Part shown: positions 59,656-64,000 of the stretch, piece by piece
How positions within the stretch are numbered: the stretch's first letter is position 1
How the letters are laid out: the number at the start of each line of letters is the position of its first letter
Assembly: GCA_964016885.1 (NCBI GenBank)
Contig: OZ024752.1
Coordinates: 10,602,001-10,666,000, forward strand
Source: Eledone cirrhosa
Taxonomy: Eukaryota
Direction of reading: 5' to 3'
Length of the DNA stretch: 64,000 nt
Notes under the pieces: model-generated
Databases searched by the model: none
The model's input: only the letters and a program-made list of their open reading frames with translations
Told to the model about the DNA's origin: nothing
Made by a program: the position numbers and the translations under genes

Positions 59656-60711
59656 ATCTATCTTCCCGGGCAAAACTGGGTACCTCAGGTAGTATACATA
59701 TATAAAATAATACTGCTTAAAATTACTTTATTTCATAGAGTGTATAATCTAAAAGTTATTTCTCTGGAATCTAAATAAATCATTTCAACTGAGAGTCGCT
59801 ACTTCAGAACAATAAGGAACATTCTTATTAATACACAATCTCTACATTTGTGAATTGTCAGCAATCTACTATTGGTGTTGATTATATGTCACTAGAAAAT
59901 AATATATTCTCGTCTCGTTTGGAGAAAATATACCATTGGGATCCTTATTGTAGTCGAAGATATATTTCAGAGAAATCCAATTGGAAAATGTCTCTCTATA
60001 TGTGTAATAAGACGAAATAAAAATCTAAAGTTACTATAGCAATATTGGAAGCTAATTGTAAATCTTGAGTTGAAATTATTTAGAAACTTATCGGATGAAC
60101 CACGTCAGTAATTTAAAAGGCCAGACTTGTCACACACTGTTTCAAACTGAATTACTTGAATAGCAGATGTGTCTGTGAAAATGTCACCTACTAACATGTT
60201 AATATTTTCTTTGTAAATCCCACTGAAGTCCATTCATATGACTTACAATTAGCAGGGTGGCGTCTCATCTCTATAAAGCCAAACGAATGAGCCTGATTCC
60301 GTATAAATTCTCTTTCAGATTTATACATTTTTTAGTATAAAATCTTTACTCAAAATATGTGAACTTGTAGTCTCATTACTCTCTTCTCTCATCATCGGTT
60401 TACCATCAGCTAGTATCATATATAAAATATCATATATATGTATATATATTTAAATATAAATTCAGAGAGAATCGTATTTCGGCGGTTAGAAAAAGCGAAA
60501 CATAACGCAAAATACGAGTCATGCTGGCAAGCGCTCCATGGACTAATAGACAAGAGCAATAAACATAGTTTATAAAGGCCATACAAACTGAGAAGGCGGT
60601 CAAGAAGCCATAAACCACCTAAGCCCCAAAACAAGTCAAGCTAAACAGGTCAGACAAAATAAATGACATAATCATATATATATATATATATATACATGTA
60701 TATATACATAT

Positions 60712-60802
<91 letters not shown>

Positions 60803-60969
60803 GTAATAATAATGAATGTGAAGACAAAAATTCAAAGAGGGATCGATAAGTATAAATATATATCAAATATATAAGAAGCCTATGTTTACAATATTATACA
60901 ACAGTATGATCCTCCTCAAGCATAATCATATTTGTTTCAACACACGATTTCATATCAAAATTTCATAGT

Positions 60970-61006
<37 letters not shown>

Positions 61007-61247
61007 TAATATTAATACATAATTGATATATTTATATATATATATATATATATATATTCAGTAATTAGGAATATTCCAAAGCTTGGTAGAACAAGTTGTG
61101 AGGAAAGTTATCAACATACGTTAAGGTGACTCGACAGGTTGGTAGGGATTCTGTGGTGGAAACACGAACAAACGAGGAGTGTAATCAAAAAAGGGAAATA
61201 GGACGAATCCTTTTGTAACTATTTACCTTCGTCCTATTTCCCTTTTT

Positions 61248-61300
<53 letters not shown>

Positions 61301-61307
<7 letters not shown>

Positions 61308-61912
61308 GGATATATGAGAGAGATGAACACAGATAAAAGTATACATGTGTTCCAATTGAAAATGACCAAGTTAGCTACCTTGGTCCTTTACAATTGGAAC
61401 ACATGTATGTATACTTATATCTCTGTTCATACCTCTCATATATCCAATTATATTACATGGCTCGGAAAGATTCCCTTCTTTGAGATATTTAATTGTAAAA
61501 GACTATTTTGAGTTTCTAACTCAATCTATGATCTTCTCGGCTCCTTATGTAGAGCTAACTTTAGTCTCACAAATCCAGCTGCTATTTTTAGCGGCATGAG
61601 TATGAGACGCGCTAGGCGCTGCGACATGTGTGTTTATATCAACGCTTCGTGCAGTATTCTTAGATCCTTTGAAGTGAAAGTTACGAATTTTCCTGGATAC
61701 CCGCAGAAGAGCACACGAATTTTGGCTTTCCCTTAATAATTCTTGCGAAACAGATTTGCATCTGTCCGGGTATCAAAGGCTATTGCCCGATATAGGTTTG
61801 TTATTTTTATTGATTTATTATTTTAAATCGAGGCAGCAAACCATATTGTTTTAAATTAGTATTTTTTCAAGCTAGCTAACTTGGTCATTTGCAATTGGAA
61901 CACATGTATACC
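61301..61912 (+). mobile_element. Retrozyme-like element (~501-bp unit) with inverted 5' arm
   Basis: 61301-61452 forms a hairpin; tagcta.cttggtc.ttt.caattggaacacatgtat repeats at 61372 and 61873. Confidence 0.7.
61696..61774 (+). ncRNA. Type I hammerhead, U4A core, stable stems
   Basis: gatacccg-CAGAAGA-gca..gaatt...aattc.tgc-GAAA-cagat ttgc atct-GTC-cgggtatc; 8-bp stem I, 6-bp stem III. Confidence 0.78.
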
Positions 61913-62927
61913 TATAGGGAAAACCACCTCATGGTACGACAACCAGGGATATCAGAGTGTCATGTTTGTGGACGCTACCCCTGGAGGGAAATTAGCTAAC
62001 CAGTGTAGAAAGGCCCTGATCAGCAAAACCTACCCTTTTAAGTAAACCCACTGTACTAATAGGAAATGTATCATATGTAAAGTAAACCCCCGGATAAACT
62101 GTAAAACTAGAAACGTAGTCTATAGCATAAGATGTACAGAGGGTACTTGCAGAAACATGACAACAACATACATAGGCGAGAGAAGCTCGTAGCATAGCTG
62201 AAAGGATAGACATACACTGGGGGTGAACTAGAAGGACGAAAAAACGGTTCAGTACTATACGAACATGCCAGACAACAAAACAACGGTAACATAGGCAACA
62301 TAGGAGTTAGAATAATATCTAAACATAGAAATAACCCAGCAGATAGGCAAATCAGAGAGGCCAGCGAAATAGAACTTAGAAGGCCAAGGCTAAACAAAAT
62401 ATGAATGGAATAACAACAACACACAGCAAACAACACTGACCTAAGAGAAGTATAAATAAATAAATAAATACATACACAAGCACAATAACAACAAACACAC
62501 TAGTAAACTAAGATAGAATACATTAACCAATAGACAGTCACCCAAACAAGAACACACATCAAACATAACACTCTACACACACACAAACGCATGCGCAGAG
62601 TAGACAAACAAAATAAACAAGTAAATAAATAAATAAACAGACTAAATAAAGATGGCGTAAGCATACAATGCAACGGGAGGAAACATAATAGCCCCACTGA
62701 CTATGTTGCAGATGTGCAACGAAAGAATTTGATAGATTATATATATGTGTTTGTGTCTATATTGTATCTGTATTTTTGACCGTTGGTCAGTCAATGGCAA
62801 CATTGAGGACCGAATAAATTAAATTAACCGATATAAAAGACACAGAAGCGAAAACCAACCAAACAGTGAGTATGTTCTGTTATTAATTCTGGCAATATTA
62901 TTACACAAATATTACCCTCCCCAAGTA

Positions 62928-62976
<49 letters not shown>

Positions 62977-62978
<2 letters not shown>

Positions 62979-63189
62979 TGTCTGTGAAAATGGCACCTAC
63001 TAACATGTTAATATTTTCTTTGTAAATCCCACTGAAGTCCATTCATATGATTTACAATTATCAGGCTGGCGTCTGATCTCTATAAAGCCGAACGGCTGAG
63101 GATGATTCCGTACACATTCTCTTTCAGATATATAAACTGTTTAACCTAAAATCCTTACTTAAAATATGTGAGTTTATAGCCCCATAACT
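62977..63189. repeat. ~210-bp direct duplication of 60168-60380
   Basis: gtgtctgtgaaaatg.cacctactaacatgttaatattttctttgtaaatcccactgaagtccattcatatga... is shared. Confidence 0.9.
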
Positions 63190-64000
63190 GAATTAAAATT
63201 AGTGTTTGCAAGTCGAAGTGTCATTATCATATCCTATTGGCAGTATCGTTAGAGGGTCAGACGCTATGCTTTCTAACATAGTTATGTCCTTTTATGATCT
63301 GAGTTCAAATCCCGCCGAGGTTAACTTGGCCTTTCATCCTTACAGGGTCGATAAGATAAAGTACCAGTAATGTACTGGGTAATTGCGGGCCTTGTGCCAA
63401 AAATTAGAAACAATTATCATATTCTATAGAAAATTCAAGATTAAAAATAAATGGCAACGATATATTTACTCTGGCTATCAGTCAACCAGTCTTCTCACCA
63501 TAATCTTATGGTAATACTTTTCTTGGTATAATCGTTATGTATTTTCTTTTGGTTGTCGATGTATTTTAAGTTGATATCTCAGCCGAAATGTTAAACACCT
63601 GGCCACCGTTAAGATTATTTATATGCACTTAAAACTTTCTTTTGACAACACAAATAATCTATATATTAAAATCTAATTGCAATAACTCTATATAAAGTTT
63701 TTCCAATTATTATACCAAACATATGGCTGTATAAACAAATTGCATTACAACTATGTTACACCAATGTTATTTTTATATAATGACGAAGAATTGGTGAAAC
63801 TTTAGAGTGTGGAGCTTAACATGAAGTGAGTGATTGTCTATATTACGTCTAACCTTTAACATAGGGGTATTTTCGTTACCGTACTATCAATGTTAAATCA
63901 ATATTTTTCTGGAATATCGTGATGAAAGTGAGGAACATATTTTAAATTGATTTAGTCATATAAGTTAGGGAGTGTCTTCCTCTTTTGTATGTTATATTAA

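Overview
AT-rich eukaryotic (metazoan) DNA packed with microsatellites, with no recognisable host protein-coding exon. The dominant tRNA-derived SINE resembles those of octopod cephalopods (inference). Most listed ORFs are artefacts of (TA)n, (TG)n and (GAA)n tracts. The window holds about 30 SINE copies of two families, non-autonomous Helitrons, a small Tc1/mariner-type MITE, decayed RTE and R4/Dong LINE pieces and two Penelope-like (PLE) RT fragments. The main signal is a dense set of about 10 unrelated short non-coding elements embedded in (TA)n tracts. Many carry a type I hammerhead ribozyme fold near the 3' end, often with a palindromic stem III, and many have an inverted 5' segment. Several are head-to-tail tandems (units of about 591, 501, 445 and 395 bp). 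The best case is an apparently identical 2.65-copy 591-bp array at 8575-10143 with three U3-A8 variant hammerheads, a candidate young circRNA-producing retrozyme mobilised by PLEs. All folds were read by eye and are untested.
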